Assembly: GCA_963729715.1 (NCBI GenBank)
Contig: CAVSPA010000003.1
Location: 256,001 to 320,000 of the forward strand
DNA from: an uncultured delta proteobacterium
GTDB lineage: Bacteria; Desulfobacterota; Syntrophia; Syntrophales; UBA2185
Length of the DNA: 64,000 bases
Direction of reading: 5' to 3'
In this document: in pieces, positions 38,511 through 49,720 of the stretch
How the letters are laid out: every line of letters begins with the position of its first letter
Numbering within the stretch: position 1 is the first letter of the stretch
The notes under the pieces: model-generated
Told to the model about the DNA's origin: nothing
The model's input: only the letters and a program-made list of their open reading frames with translations
Database searches by the model: none
Position numbers and translations under genes: made by a program

Positions 38511-39506
38511 ATGCTGAGAGTCCTTGACGACGAATCCGCCATTAAAAGATACAGGCGACAGTTTATAAAAAGCTTCAAACCTTTCATCGATGAAAAAATC
38601 CCTGTGAATCTCGGCCATCCCGGTGCGACGGTCAAGGCAAAGGTCTTGTGGTCGGAGCGCCTCGGCATCTGGATGGTGAACGAGAAGACGTCGGGAAACA
38701 GGTACGGACACGCCTTCGGAGCGGAAAAGCCGGCAGGTACATCTCATATCCCGATTACATGTGAAATCAATTTCCCCGTAAAGGGGATTGACAGGCGCAT
38801 GGGCGGGGCGCTGGCGGAAGACCGCAACGGCCGCATCGTCGTGGTGCACCGGGGCAGAATCGGCGGCGGCAAGAAAGGTGTCGGCAAGGCCCTGTTCGAT
38901 GACCATTACAGGGGCGTTTGGGCAATCATGGAAGACGGTTCCGCGGAAACCACGGTAGCTTTAATAGGCGTTCTGAATTCACCCCGTTTTGTCAGGCAGG
39001 TCAGTCAATTTGTCCGCAAGGTTGACAGGCTGAAAGATCTTTTTTCGTCCCGGACTGCTCAAGTGGAAATGTCTTTCGACGAACTTCATTTTCGGGAAGA
39101 GCTTATCGGTGTGAGCTATGCGGATCCGCTGACTGATCCCGCATCTATGTGCGACCATGGTCTAATCATAAAGGATTTATACGATGCGCTTTCCCACCTC
39201 AGTCTTAGAGCGGGGAATGATCCAGAACGGGACCTCCTTATAGTAAATGCCAGGAAAGAGATAACTGCCGTTTTTGAAGTAATCACCGATGCATCAATAC
39301 ACAGTATACAGTCTGCCGCCGCCCGGCTGCTCCTCGCCAACACCGAACTCCCCAAACAACCCCGTCTGATTCTTGCTGTTCCGGAGGCTGTCGATGAAAC
39401 GCTACAGAGAAAACTAAAGAAACTTGGCGTCGATGTGCTTCCCTACAATTGGAAGCATGATGAAACCGTCTTCCTCGCTCTTCCTGCGCTGATTTCCGAA
39501 GCCTGA
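38511..39506 (+). CDS. Hypothetical protein with a degenerate C-terminal restriction-endonuclease-like motif
   Basis: 331 aa with RBS; RDLLI...VFEVIT...AAARLL pattern. Confidence 0.65.
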   Translation: MLRVLDDESAIKRYRRQFIKSFKPFIDEKIPVNLGHPGATVKAKVLWSERLGIWMVNEKTSGNRYGHAFGAEKPAGTSHIPITCEINFPVKGIDRRMGGALAEDRNGRIVVVHRGRIGGGKKGVGKALFDDHYRGVWAIMEDGSAETTVALIGVLNSPRFVRQVSQFVRKVDRLKDLFSSRTAQVEMSFDELHFREELIGVSYADPLTDPASMCDHGLIIKDLYDALSHLSLRAGNDPERDLLIVNARKEITAVFEVITDASIHSIQSAAARLLLANTELPKQPRLILAVPEAVDETLQRKLKKLGVDVLPYNWKHDETVFLALPALISEA

Positions 39507-39532
39507 TATGTGACGGGAGACAGAGCGCAAGA

Positions 39533-40539
39533 GTGCAATACCCTCTTCTTGAAGTCCTTTCGAAAAAGAATATTATGCGCATCAAAGAAAAAGACATTAA
39601 ATTACTGTGGGGTCGAGCTGCAAGTAGGTGTTCTTTTACAGAATGCAGGATGAAATTGAGTCAGGACAAGAAAAGATCAACAAAGGCTTTTCCCATAGGA
39701 GAACAAGCGCATATAGTTGTAAAAGAAGAAGATAGTGCACGAAGTGTCAGTATTCTATCTATAGAAGAACGAGATTCATACCACAATCTCATTCTATTGT
39801 ACCCCCCTCATCATACTATCATAGATAAGAATCCCGAAGATTATCCAATTGAAGCATTACACATGATAAAATCTCAACATGAATACTGGGTAGAAAGCGC
39901 TCTTTCGGGATCATCTGATTTGAAAGATCAAGCTGACGCTATTATCTACGGACATTTGATTGATATGGCTGTCGAAGCCTGCTCATTTGACAATTGGGAA
40001 AATTGTGTTAGTGGTTTAAACATGCCTGCGCATAGACTGAAGATCGACGTTTATGAAAAAGCAATCAAATCACAATAAAAATGCATAAGGCTGTCTTTCC
40101 TGGAACTTTGATCTAGCTAGAATCCGCAACGAAATTGTTTTCACGTAGTATGAACATAATGCTTAATTTGTATATGGAAAACGCCGAGAGTAAGGGTGAT
40201 GTATTTGTTGAGGACAGGACTTACAAAAGGACATGGCACGATCAAAAAGTATTTAGGGAGATAGTCACTCGACGAGATAGTTGGGAACGTTGTTTGGACG
40301 AGCTTGTACGAGAGGTTGTAAAGGCTGCTAATTGGCTTGCTGATATAGTACGTAGGGACATTAACCCTCTATTTATGGCAACCCAAGGTAAATTCTCTTT
40401 AGTTCATGGACCAGATGAGCGCTTATCATTTCAGACGACTATTCCAGAGTATTCAGCCGATGAAAAAATGGACTAAATTACTTCATATAAAGAGAAGTGT
40501 ATCTCTCTTAGAAAAATGTCTGATTCAATTGATATCTGA
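39533..40539 (+). pseudogene. HNH-endonuclease-domain gene broken by a frameshift and in-frame stops
   Basis: LWGRAASRCSFTEC, IGEQAHI, NLILLYPPHHTIID; frameshift near 40078, TAG at 40114, TAA at 40474; AT-rich. Confidence 0.7.
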
Positions 40540-40655
40540 GACATTGCATTTGCAGAATAAATGATTCTATCCGACGCTTATAATACTGAGCTCATTTTGG
40601 GAGTTGTAGGAACAGGGTAGGGCAATCATCAAGTCGTAACCACTTTCCACTTGCC

Positions 40656-41348
40656 ATGAAAGAATTCGTCTGTTTTGCCCATCGAGGTGCATCGGGGCAT
40701 GAACCGGAAAACACGCTGGCAGCAGTGGAGAAGGCCATTGCTCTGGGCGCTGATTGGATTGAAGTGGATGTGTATGCCGTTGCGGGCGAGTTGATTGTCA
40801 TACACGATGAGCGACTCGAGCGGACGACAAGCGGCGCCGGTTATGTCAGAGATGCATCGCTGGCCTACCTACGTTTCCTCGATGCGGGGAAAGGTCAGCG
40901 TATCCCCACCCTCCGTGAGGTCTTAGACTCTGTAGATGGCAGAGCAGGGATAGATGTCGAGTTGAAAGGGCCGGGGACCGCGGGATTGGCGGTTTCCCTG
41001 ATCGAAAAGTATGTCAGGGGGCGGCAATGGAATTATGAACAGTTCATCGTATCATCATTTAACCGTCGCCAATTAAGGAAGGTTAGGAAACTCAATCCCC
41101 ATATCAGGATCGGTATTCTCATAGATCGTCCCCGTCGCCACTACGCGATATTTGCCCGACGATATCATGCGTACTCTGTACATGCCCATATCAATATCGC
41201 AAGCACACGATTTATTGCGCGAGCCCACGAGCGGGGACTGAAGGTATTTATGTATACGGTTAATAGTCCGGAAGACATTGATAGATTGCAGGCATTAAGG
41301 GTTGACGGGATATTCACCGACTTTCCTGAACTCGTTGTTAAAAGATGA
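40656..41348 (+). CDS. Glycerophosphodiester phosphodiesterase
   Basis: AHRGASG.EPENT, IEVDV, HDERLERTT, IPTLREV, YTVN, GIFTDFP. Confidence 0.92.
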   Translation: MKEFVCFAHRGASGHEPENTLAAVEKAIALGADWIEVDVYAVAGELIVIHDERLERTTSGAGYVRDASLAYLRFLDAGKGQRIPTLREVLDSVDGRAGIDVELKGPGTAGLAVSLIEKYVRGRQWNYEQFIVSSFNRRQLRKVRKLNPHIRIGILIDRPRRHYAIFARRYHAYSVHAHINIASTRFIARAHERGLKVFMYTVNSPEDIDRLQALRVDGIFTDFPELVVKR

Positions 41349-41383
41349 CGACCTTACATTTGTTCAGAACGACGGTACCTCTT

Positions 41384-41405
41384 GATTCCCGCTTTCGGGA
41401 ATGAC
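41384..41405. repeat. REP-like palindrome (inverted GTCATTCCC...GGGAATC family)
   Basis: GATTCCCGCTTTCGGGAATGAC. Confidence 0.55.
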
Positions 41406-41537
41406 AAAAAGGGGAGGAAATGAAGATTTTTCTTGAGTGACAGACGCAGGAGCGACGTCGTGGAATAAGGGTAGCCGCCGCAGCCGCCGTAACCCCGAAG
41501 GAAGAGGGGATTACGAATGACTGCGACGGAGGATATA

Positions 41538-42479
41538 TCAGAAGCTTAAGGTGACAGTCAGGCCGCCGTAAAGGTAGTTGCTGTCGTTATCGCCCGGACT
41601 AGTCAATTTGCCGCGGGCCTTAATCTCATTTTTTGCATCGTCAGATAGAGGGAAGGAGTAGGATACGGTCGGGGCCACGGTAAGATACTTTGCCACACTT
41701 ATGGGGAGGCTCGCGGTGAGCACGCCGTCGTGGAAATTACTGAATTTGTCGTTTGTCGCCTGGTAATTGTCATTAAACTTCGGATATCCGCCATAAGATG
41801 GATTCACATTGTAGAGGGTTGCATCGGCATAGTCACTGAGTAAGTAGCTTGCGGATGCACCGAGTTGCAGAGAAACGGTCTTGTTTAATTCGAAAGTATG
41901 GGAAATCCCCAACATGAAATAATACTGGTGATAATGATCAATCTCCTTGTAGACCGTAAGAGTCGGCGTGAGGAGAGTATTAATACCTAAGGTGATAAAT
42001 ACTTCTTCTGAATCAAGAGGTTTTGGAGCGCCGGCATTCGGGGCCTGCAAGCCATAATAGATGTAACCAAGACCTGCGTTTAAAATGCCAAAAGTTTTGG
42101 TATAAGAGAGTGTAAGATCCGTTTCCGTCCAGGTGCTAGAATAACTGGCGCTTGTTGTCGAGTAGGGCTGTGTATCAATGTTCCCCCATATATTGGCGCT
42201 GAACCCTTTATAACCGACGGTCAGAGAAGGTTGAATCACAACGCTGTTTTTGGTGTTTTCATATCCCCGCCACACATATTTTGACAAACCGGAAATGGCT
42301 AACGAACCAGTGGGTTTATCTTCCCCAGGCGCAGCCGGAGCGGCAGCTTCTGTTGCAGGGGCAGATACTGCAGCAGGTTTCTGATCTTCAGCCAAGATGG
42401 AGGCCACACCCACTGTCAAAAAGAGCAAGGTCACAATCACACTTAAAAAAGCATTTCTCGCGAAGATATATTTTTTCAT
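41538..42479 (-). CDS. Outer-membrane beta-barrel protein, TorF/TIGR02001-like
   Basis: Signal peptide, SKYVWRG, ETDLTLSY, C-terminal Phe; RBS AGGAGG. Confidence 0.72.
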   Translation of the reverse strand: MKKYIFARNAFLSVIVTLLFLTVGVASILAEDQKPAAVSAPATEAAAPAAPGEDKPTGSLAISGLSKYVWRGYENTKNSVVIQPSLTVGYKGFSANIWGNIDTQPYSTTSASYSSTWTETDLTLSYTKTFGILNAGLGYIYYGLQAPNAGAPKPLDSEEVFITLGINTLLTPTLTVYKEIDHYHQYYFMLGISHTFELNKTVSLQLGASASYLLSDYADATLYNVNPSYGGYPKFNDNYQATNDKFSNFHDGVLTASLPISVAKYLTVAPTVSYSFPLSDDAKNEIKARGKLTSPGDNDSNYLYGGLTVTLSF

Positions 42480-42517
42480 CACAATTCCTCCTGATCTGAT
42501 TTTCGAAGTTATGTAAC

Positions 42518-42533
42518 TCAAGATATGTGCCAG
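42518..42533 (-). promoter_or_regulatory. Possible sigma54 promoter
   Basis: CTGGCAC-ATATC-TTGA on the minus strand (-12 element deviates from TTGC). Confidence 0.4.
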
Positions 42534-42813
42534 ATGTGAAAAGGTGGGTTAGCATCCATAATCAATTGAATGTGGGGAGTATTTGCCTTCTCTCCACGTT
42601 GGTTGAGAATGCGGCAAAGAAACAAAAATGTGATTTCTCTATAGAGTGACAACAAAATTGTATGTCCAGTGAAGTCGCGATGATTGCAGGATAAGCTGCT
42701 TGCAAGATTACTTAAAACAGGCGACCATCTTTTTTCCTTGATAAAACGAAAGCGAATCCTCTATGGTAGCTTTGCTTTCTTGCCATAAGAAGTAATCCGA
42801 TTTGAGGAAATAA

Positions 42814-44154
42814 ATGAATCTTCTGACCAGTCCGCTTCTTACCGATCTTTACCAGTTAACCATGATGCAGGGTTATGTGGATGAGGGTATGCAAGAAGAG
42901 GCAGTCTTTGAGTTTTATGTGCGGAGCCTGCCCCCGAGCCGCGGTTTCCTGGTCGCGGCCGGTCTTGATACGTTGCTCACTTTCCTCGAAGACATGCGAT
43001 TCACTGAAGAGGAACTAAAATACATTGCAGGTACGGGCAGGTTTTCCCAAGCTCTGCTGAATTATCTCGCCAAATTCCGCTTCCGCGGCGATGTGTATGC
43101 GATGCCGGAAGGAACAGTCTTCTTTGAAAACGAGCCAGTCGTGCGCGTAGTTGCCCCCATGCCGGAGGCGCAACTGATTGAGACGCGCCTGATTAATATC
43201 GTGCATTTCGAGACGCTCATTGCCAGCAAAGCGGCCCGTTGCATGCTGGCTGCAGATGACAAGGCTGTGCTGATCGATTTCGGGGTCCGCCGATCTCACG
43301 GGGCCGAGGCTGGGCTCCTGGCGGCTCGGGACTCATACATGACCGGCTTCGCCGGCACATCAACCGTGCTGGCGGAGGCCATCTATGGGATACCTATTTT
43401 CGGAACGATGGCCCATTCCTATGTTGAGGCCCATGGGGACGAGTTGGAGGCGTTTCTTAGTTTTGCCCGTGCGAATCCGAACAATACAACCCTTCTTATC
43501 GATACGTACGATGTCCATAACGGCGCAAGAAAAGCGGTTGAAGCGGCGAAAATATTAAAGGAGACAGGAATAAGTGTTCGAGCCGTGCGCCTTGACAGCG
43601 GTGACCTTTTGATTCTCTCGAAAGATGTCCGCGAGATTCTCGATCAGGCAGGTCTGACAGATGTCCGTATCTTCGCAAGCGGCAATCTCGATGAGTATGC
43701 GATCCGCGATCTATTGTCTTACAGGGCGCCCATAAATGGTTTTGGCGTAGGTACAAAGCTGGATACCTCAGAAGATGCGCCATACCTGGAATGCGCTTAC
43801 AAGCTGATGGAGTATGCGGGCATGCCGCGATTCAAGAAGTCACAGGGGAAAGCTACCATTCCGGGATGCAAACAAGTCTTTCGCCGCTTTGAAGACCGGG
43901 CGATGGTTCAGGACATTCTGACTGTTGATGGGGATGAGATAGAGGGGACCCCGCTTCTTGCCAAGGTGATGAGCGGCGGTAAAACTATTTCCAGGCGCCA
44001 GGATTTGAAAGAGATTGCGGTGTACACGCGGTCGCAGTTGAAGTCTCTTCCTGCTCATTTTCAGAGACTGGAGACGACACCGCCGTATCCCGTAAGAATA
44101 TCCCCCGCGTTATCAAGGATTGAACACGAAAGCGAACGGCGGTTGGGTTTGTAG
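42814..44154 (+). CDS. pncB: Nicotinate phosphoribosyltransferase
   Basis: LLTDLYQLTM, DFGVRR, GTMAHS, LIDTYD, VRLDSGDL, FGVGT. Confidence 0.93.
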   Translation: MNLLTSPLLTDLYQLTMMQGYVDEGMQEEAVFEFYVRSLPPSRGFLVAAGLDTLLTFLEDMRFTEEELKYIAGTGRFSQALLNYLAKFRFRGDVYAMPEGTVFFENEPVVRVVAPMPEAQLIETRLINIVHFETLIASKAARCMLAADDKAVLIDFGVRRSHGAEAGLLAARDSYMTGFAGTSTVLAEAIYGIPIFGTMAHSYVEAHGDELEAFLSFARANPNNTTLLIDTYDVHNGARKAVEAAKILKETGISVRAVRLDSGDLLILSKDVREILDQAGLTDVRIFASGNLDEYAIRDLLSYRAPINGFGVGTKLDTSEDAPYLECAYKLMEYAGMPRFKKSQGKATIPGCKQVFRRFEDRAMVQDILTVDGDEIEGTPLLAKVMSGGKTISRRQDLKEIAVYTRSQLKSLPAHFQRLETTPPYPVRISPALSRIEHESERRLGL

Positions 44155-44259
44155 ACTGTTCGTGATTCGTTATGCGTGACTCCGGGGTGCTCTGCGGAGA
44201 AGACTCTTCAGATTTATCTTCAATTTTGATCACAGAAAAGAAAGTTCCCCGCGAATTCT

Positions 44260-45867
44260 CTATTTTTTCAAATTACACTTTAGGGCCGCACCGATAAATT
44301 TGCCGAAGAGCGGATGGGGGCTAGTCGGACGCGATTTAAATTCGGGGTGAAACTGGCATCCGAGAAACCACGGGTTGTCCTTGATCTCGACGATCTCGAC
44401 AAGGCGGCGATCAGGCGACGTGCCGGTAATATGCAGACCCTTCTCAACGAGGATATCTCTGAAAGTGTTGTTCACTTCGTAACGGTGCCTGTGTCTTTCA
44501 CTGATTTCACTGATACCGTAAGCATCAAATGCAAAAGATTCGGACTCCAAAAGGCAGGCATAGGCGCCCAGCCTCATGGTTGCGCCCATCTCCTTTATGC
44601 TTCTCTGCTCGGGCAGATAATCGATCACCGGATACGCGGTGTCTTTGTCAAATTCGGAACTGTTCGCCTTTTCGAGTTTACATATGTGCCGGGCGAATTC
44701 CACAACGGCGAGTTGCATGCCCAGGCAGATACCGAAATACGGGACCTTTTTTTCACGGGCAAATTGAATGGCGGTAATCATTCCCTCAATGCCGCGCTCT
44801 CCGAAGCCTCCGGGTACGAGGATGCCATCAGCGCCTTCGAGAAGGTTGCCCAACCCTTCTTTTTCGATCTTTTCCGAATCGACAAAACGCAGGTTCACCC
44901 GGCAGTTATTTGCAATGCCCCCATGCACGAGAGCTTCATTGAGGCTCTTGTAGGAATCCGTCAAATTCACGTATTTACCCACTATGGCGATGCACACTTC
45001 GTGGGGAGGATTCTTGATCTTGTCTGCCACATCCTCCCATGCCTCGAGATGCGGCCTGCCCGTCCAGATATTCAAGAGGTCGACAATTTTATTATCGACC
45101 CCTTCCTTGTGAAAAACTATTGGCACTTCATAGATACACTGCACATCCTTTGCCGTAAATACGGATGAAACTTCCACATTACAAAAAAGAGCTATCTTGG
45201 CCTTGATTTCTTCCGGGAGAAAATCTTCCGTACGGCACAAGAGAATGTCAGGTTGAATACCGATTTCACGGAGGGCCTTCACACTGTGCTGCGTCGGTTT
45301 TGTTTTAACCTCCCCGGCAGTCTTTATGAAAGGGACCCAAGTTAGGTGTATAAATATGGCGTTTTGTCTTCCGACTTCATTACGGAATTGCCTGATTGCC
45401 TCCAAGAAAGGCTGGCTCTCAATGTCTCCGACGGTTCCGCCGACTTCTATAATCGCAACGTCGAACCCGGCCGCGCAGCTCTTGATGTAATCTTTTATTT
45501 CGTCCGTAACATGGGGAATCACCTGCACCGTCTTGCCCAGATATTCACCCTTCCTTTCCTTTGAGATTACCGAAAAATATACCTGACCGGACGTGAGATT
45601 GTTGCACTTCGCCATGCGGGTCGAGGTAAATCGCTCATAGTGCCCCAAGTCAAGGTCTGTTTCAGCGCCATCGTCCGTCACAAAAACCTCGCCGTGCTGG
45701 AATGGACTAAGGGTGCCGGGATCGACATTGATATACGGATCCAGCTTTTGATTGGTCACCCTGAGCCCCCGGCTCTCGAGAAGGGCTGCAATAGAAGCAG
45801 CCGCCAAGCCTTTGCCAAGGGAAGAGAGAACACCGCCCGTCACAAAAATAAATTTTGTCTTCTTCAT
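44260..45867 (-). CDS. pyrG: CTP synthase
   Basis: [51 protein letters not shown]. Confidence 0.97.
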   Translation of the reverse strand: MKKTKFIFVTGGVLSSLGKGLAAASIAALLESRGLRVTNQKLDPYINVDPGTLSPFQHGEVFVTDDGAETDLDLGHYERFTSTRMAKCNNLTSGQVYFSVISKERKGEYLGKTVQVIPHVTDEIKDYIKSCAAGFDVAIIEVGGTVGDIESQPFLEAIRQFRNEVGRQNAIFIHLTWVPFIKTAGEVKTKPTQHSVKALREIGIQPDILLCRTEDFLPEEIKAKIALFCNVEVSSVFTAKDVQCIYEVPIVFHKEGVDNKIVDLLNIWTGRPHLEAWEDVADKIKNPPHEVCIAIVGKYVNLTDSYKSLNEALVHGGIANNCRVNLRFVDSEKIEKEGLGNLLEGADGILVPGGFGERGIEGMITAIQFAREKKVPYFGICLGMQLAVVEFARHICKLEKANSSEFDKDTAYPVIDYLPEQRSIKEMGATMRLGAYACLLESESFAFDAYGISEISERHRHRYEVNNTFRDILVEKGLHITGTSPDRRLVEIVEIKDNPWFLGCQFHPEFKSRPTSPHPLFGKFIGAALKCNLKK

Positions 45868-48800
45868 GATTGCTCCTGAAATTTACTTGCCCGAGAGTTA
45901 TTGCTGTTCCCTCCCAGAGATTTTTTTATCTGACCCGCAATAACCTCCACCGTCTCGCCGAGGAGAATTCCTGTGGAAATACTTTCCAGATAGCGGTCAT
46001 CCCACGGCAGATTATATTCGTTGACGAGATTGCGGATGTCGTTGAATTTGTAGCCTAGGACATCTTTCTTTCCTTTCACGGAAAGTGATTCGTTAAATTC
46101 CACGTGGATCAAGAGCAGGCTCCCTATGCCTCCCCCCTCCCCGAGAAGGGGAATAACGACGATGGAAGCGCCATCGGATTTTCCCCGGCCGAAATATACA
46201 TGGCCGGTACTCACTATCGTCCTTTTGGTTCCCATGAGATTACTCGAACCTTCCGTCCTCGACTTCATCGTGAGTGAGACGCCCCCTCTGTCTTTAACAG
46301 TTATCGTTGAAGTATCCACGGGATTTCCTTCAGCGTCCAGATTATTAATGTCATAGAGAGTGTAACCGTTCAACGCGGCAATGGCCGGCTGAATCCTTGC
46401 GATGGTCAAGACATTCTTGGTGACGATGGATTTGGTCGAGAATTCAAGTTTCCTTAATATGTCAAAGACAATGCCTCTGAGAGGCTGTTCCTTCCTGCTT
46501 GTTCCGACTGTCACTGTCTTGGCCTGATGTCTGATGGCGTCTATCGGTCTCGATAGCTCATCTACCGAGTGGCCGAGAGAGATATCAAGCATCTCAACCG
46601 GGGACGGCAGCCCCTCCTCATTCCTGAAATCACTCCAGTAGTCTTCAAGAGGCAGCTTTCCGGCTGCATATTTGAGAAGAAGAACTATATCAGATATGGT
46701 ATTGACATTAGTAAATGAAAAGGCGCCGTCCGTTCTTTTTTGATTGAATTCGGACGAGAAATCCCTGACGATCTTCCGGTAGTTTCTGTCTGCAAGCCTC
46801 TCGTAAATGGAATAATTTTTTTTCTCATGTTCCGCCATTATAAGATCGAGATGGCTCCTGAATTCCCGCAAGAAAATTGCGTCTTCGTTAATGCTGCAGG
46901 CGGCATAGTAACCCCATAGATGTCCTGCTAGGGTATTTAAGATTACAGGCATGGGCATCGCCGCCCTCGGCACCTCAACGACCGCGTCGGCCACTCCGTC
47001 GAACCTGCTTTCACCGTCATCTGCAAAAACGACAACACCCGCTCTGTGCGCCTTGAAGATGGCTACATCTTTTATGATGTCTCCCGTCACAGTTTCCGGG
47101 CTGCCCGCTGCACAGACTATGATCAAGGGTTCGGCAGACAGGTCAATATGCTTCTTGTTTTCTATAAAATCCGATGATATCGTTTTGTAACATAGCTCGC
47201 TTAGTTTTATCCTGATCTCATCTGCCGCCGCCTTGTTAGGCCCGTCTCCCACTACAGCCCAGTACCTTCTCTTTTTTGCGAGCATATCGACTGACTGCTT
47301 GATTTGCTCCTTCTTCTCTATCACCCTGTTCATCATGCTGGGCGCCTGTTCGAGGTTGTGAAGCTCATCGGCGATAAAGTCGTCGGAGAAATTCGCAAGT
47401 AGCTGGCCAAGACAGAGCGCGAGTACATGACCCGCCACAACCTGAGAGTAGAATGCCTTGGTTGAGGCTACGGACATTTCTATATCCCTGCCGTCGCTCG
47501 TATAAAACACTCCGTTTGCCTTCCCTGTTATGTCGGACTGCCTCCTGTTGACGATGGCGATAACAGTCGCGCCCCGTTCCACGGCCATCGCCACGGCACG
47601 GTTGGTGTCTGTCGTCGTTCCCGACTGCGTGATGGGGATTACGAGTGTATCTTTCAGGTCATCCTCCAGGAAGAAGCCGCTCAATTCCGATGCGACCATG
47701 GCGCCAATCTCGATGTGAGTGCCCTTGAGATACCGCTGCAGGCCGCAGGCAACCGCCTCTCCGGCAACGGCGGCGGTACCATGACCGATGACAATGATTC
47801 TCTTTGTCTCACCGCGGGCGAAGGCCTGTCTCCACCCCTCCGGTATGATGTCCCGGCCAAGATTGAAGACAACTCTATATCTTCCGTTTTCCTCTTTTGA
47901 GATTCGATATTTGCCGCGCAGCGTTTTTCTTACGGAGAGAGTTGCTTCGGAAATTTCTTTCAGGAAATAATGCGGATAATTACCCCGATCTATATCACGG
48001 GTGGTGATTTCCGCCTTGTGCACGGAGTCGTTTCCCAGGGAGAGAGAAGTTCCGTCGTAAAAAAACGCGCTGATCCCCGCAAGACCCCCTTGAGAGTTCT
48101 GCTCAAGGATAAATATCTGGCCTGACACTTCAGGATCAGCGTCTGAAGAAGATCTTTCGCCGTCCATCTTCACGAAAAAAGGAGTGCCCTCCACGAGACC
48201 ATAAAGTTCCGACGAAAATATGTAGTCTTCGGGGGCAAGGCCTACATAAATGGATTGCCCGCTGCCCTTGAGGGCAAGAAACACCTTTCCCGGCTCCGTA
48301 TTGCAGGTCATGGCAATGGCATGCGAGCCTTCAAATGCGTTTACGGCCAGTCTGAACGCCTCGGCCAGATCATGCCCGGCAAGCAAATGTTTTTCAATTT
48401 GCAGGGGTATGATCTTCGTGTCGGTCGTAATATGTGGAGCAATGAGGTCTTCTCCCTCTTCAATCGCATTTCGGAGCGATTGATAATTGTCTATGTCTCC
48501 GTTTAAGATGACGTTAATGAACCAGCTTCCCTCGCCATAGACAGGGTATTTTTTTGTGATCTCCGGCCAGAGAGCATCTTCACGGCCGCCGTTGCTGTTC
48601 ATCGTAAAGTTATTAATCGGATGGCAGTTTTCTTCCGTAATGGAACCCACTGATGCCCACCTCGTGTGGGATATGGACGTCTCAAATTCCGTCTCGTACT
48701 TGGACAATTCATAGAACACCTTGTCATGGGAGATGAATTTTCTCAGATCTCTGACGTTTTGACCGAGTTCGCCGATAATGGATGATGTCTTGTATACGAA

Positions 48801-49679
48801 TGCGATATCAATCCCTTTGCCCCGCGGACTATTCACGGCTGTTATCGCATGAGAGACACAGATCGAACCGTTAATAAGGTCACCTGCGCGGATCCTCGTG
48901 GAATAATCATCGTACAGGCCTTTCTCTCTGAGCACTCTTAAGATATTCTCAAAAGAGGCCGTATCGGAGAGCCAGAAGGATATCTGCATCCCTGCCGAGT
49001 CCCGTCCCCTTACCTCCAACCTGTCGAGGCAGTTCAGAAGAAAATTTATTTTCCTATATTTTATAAATGATGCGGGAGAAATTTCTTTGACGCAGCCCGC
49101 TCCCGAGAGCCGCCTGATTTTTTCTACATTCTCGAGCACATCTTTCTCGAGACCCCAGATAATATCCTTCATCAGGATATGTCTACTGTTTATCGTTTCC
49201 GTCTCCTCCGTCGGGAAGTTACCGGCGTTTTCTTCGAGGCCTTTTTCTTCGACGAGGAAAAACACCTTCATCTCTTTGGTAATGTCCGACAGTTGAGAGG
49301 CAGTGAGGGGCTTGAAATAGATTTCCTGAAATGCAGCGTCTGTCTTTAACTGGAAGAGAGTTTCTTCCATTTCCTGAAGCTTTCGGGCACCCCCCAGATA
49401 TTGGCCGGGTGTGATAGAGCGGGCAGAGAGCGCCTTCATGTTATTTTTCTTGATGTTCCGGAAGAGTTGGGCAAGCTGCTTTATGAGGTTGCCTTCTTCA
49501 CGTTTGCCTGCCCCTTTTATTGCCAGGATTCCGGCGAAGCCGCAGCAGACGACATCAGGAATTATCGGGAAAAAGACTATCGAGTATTCGGGAACCGCAT
49601 GTGCATTAACGCCGACATAGATATTCCATTTCATGAGATAGCTGCTTACTTCAGCACACCATTGTCTTAATATCTGCAT
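45864..49679 (-). CDS. Giant (1271 aa) GlmS-like glutamine amidotransferase/SIS protein
   Basis: [53 protein letters not shown] match GlmS motifs. Confidence 0.8.
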   Translation of the reverse strand: MQILRQWCAEVSSYLMKWNIYVGVNAHAVPEYSIVFFPIIPDVVCCGFAGILAIKGAGKREEGNLIKQLAQLFRNIKKNNMKALSARSITPGQYLGGARKLQEMEETLFQLKTDAAFQEIYFKPLTASQLSDITKEMKVFFLVEEKGLEENAGNFPTEETETINSRHILMKDIIWGLEKDVLENVEKIRRLSGAGCVKEISPASFIKYRKINFLLNCLDRLEVRGRDSAGMQISFWLSDTASFENILRVLREKGLYDDYSTRIRAGDLINGSICVSHAITAVNSPRGKGIDIAFVYKTSSIIGELGQNVRDLRKFISHDKVFYELSKYETEFETSISHTRWASVGSITEENCHPINNFTMNSNGGREDALWPEITKKYPVYGEGSWFINVILNGDIDNYQSLRNAIEEGEDLIAPHITTDTKIIPLQIEKHLLAGHDLAEAFRLAVNAFEGSHAIAMTCNTEPGKVFLALKGSGQSIYVGLAPEDYIFSSELYGLVEGTPFFVKMDGERSSSDADPEVSGQIFILEQNSQGGLAGISAFFYDGTSLSLGNDSVHKAEITTRDIDRGNYPHYFLKEISEATLSVRKTLRGKYRISKEENGRYRVVFNLGRDIIPEGWRQAFARGETKRIIVIGHGTAAVAGEAVACGLQRYLKGTHIEIGAMVASELSGFFLEDDLKDTLVIPITQSGTTTDTNRAVAMAVERGATVIAIVNRRQSDITGKANGVFYTSDGRDIEMSVASTKAFYSQVVAGHVLALCLGQLLANFSDDFIADELHNLEQAPSMMNRVIEKKEQIKQSVDMLAKKRRYWAVVGDGPNKAAADEIRIKLSELCYKTISSDFIENKKHIDLSAEPLIIVCAAGSPETVTGDIIKDVAIFKAHRAGVVVFADDGESRFDGVADAVVEVPRAAMPMPVILNTLAGHLWGYYAACSINEDAIFLREFRSHLDLIMAEHEKKNYSIYERLADRNYRKIVRDFSSEFNQKRTDGAFSFTNVNTISDIVLLLKYAAGKLPLEDYWSDFRNEEGLPSPVEMLDISLGHSVDELSRPIDAIRHQAKTVTVGTSRKEQPLRGIVFDILRKLEFSTKSIVTKNVLTIARIQPAIAALNGYTLYDINNLDAEGNPVDTSTITVKDRGGVSLTMKSRTEGSSNLMGTKRTIVSTGHVYFGRGKSDGASIVVIPLLGEGGGIGSLLLIHVEFNESLSVKGKKDVLGYKFNDIRNLVNEYNLPWDDRYLESISTGILLGETVEVIAGQIKKSLGGNSNNSRASKFQEQS

Positions 49680-49720
49680 ATGAAAATTATCAAAGTCCCG
49701 ATTTCGTTTGATTGATGGCG

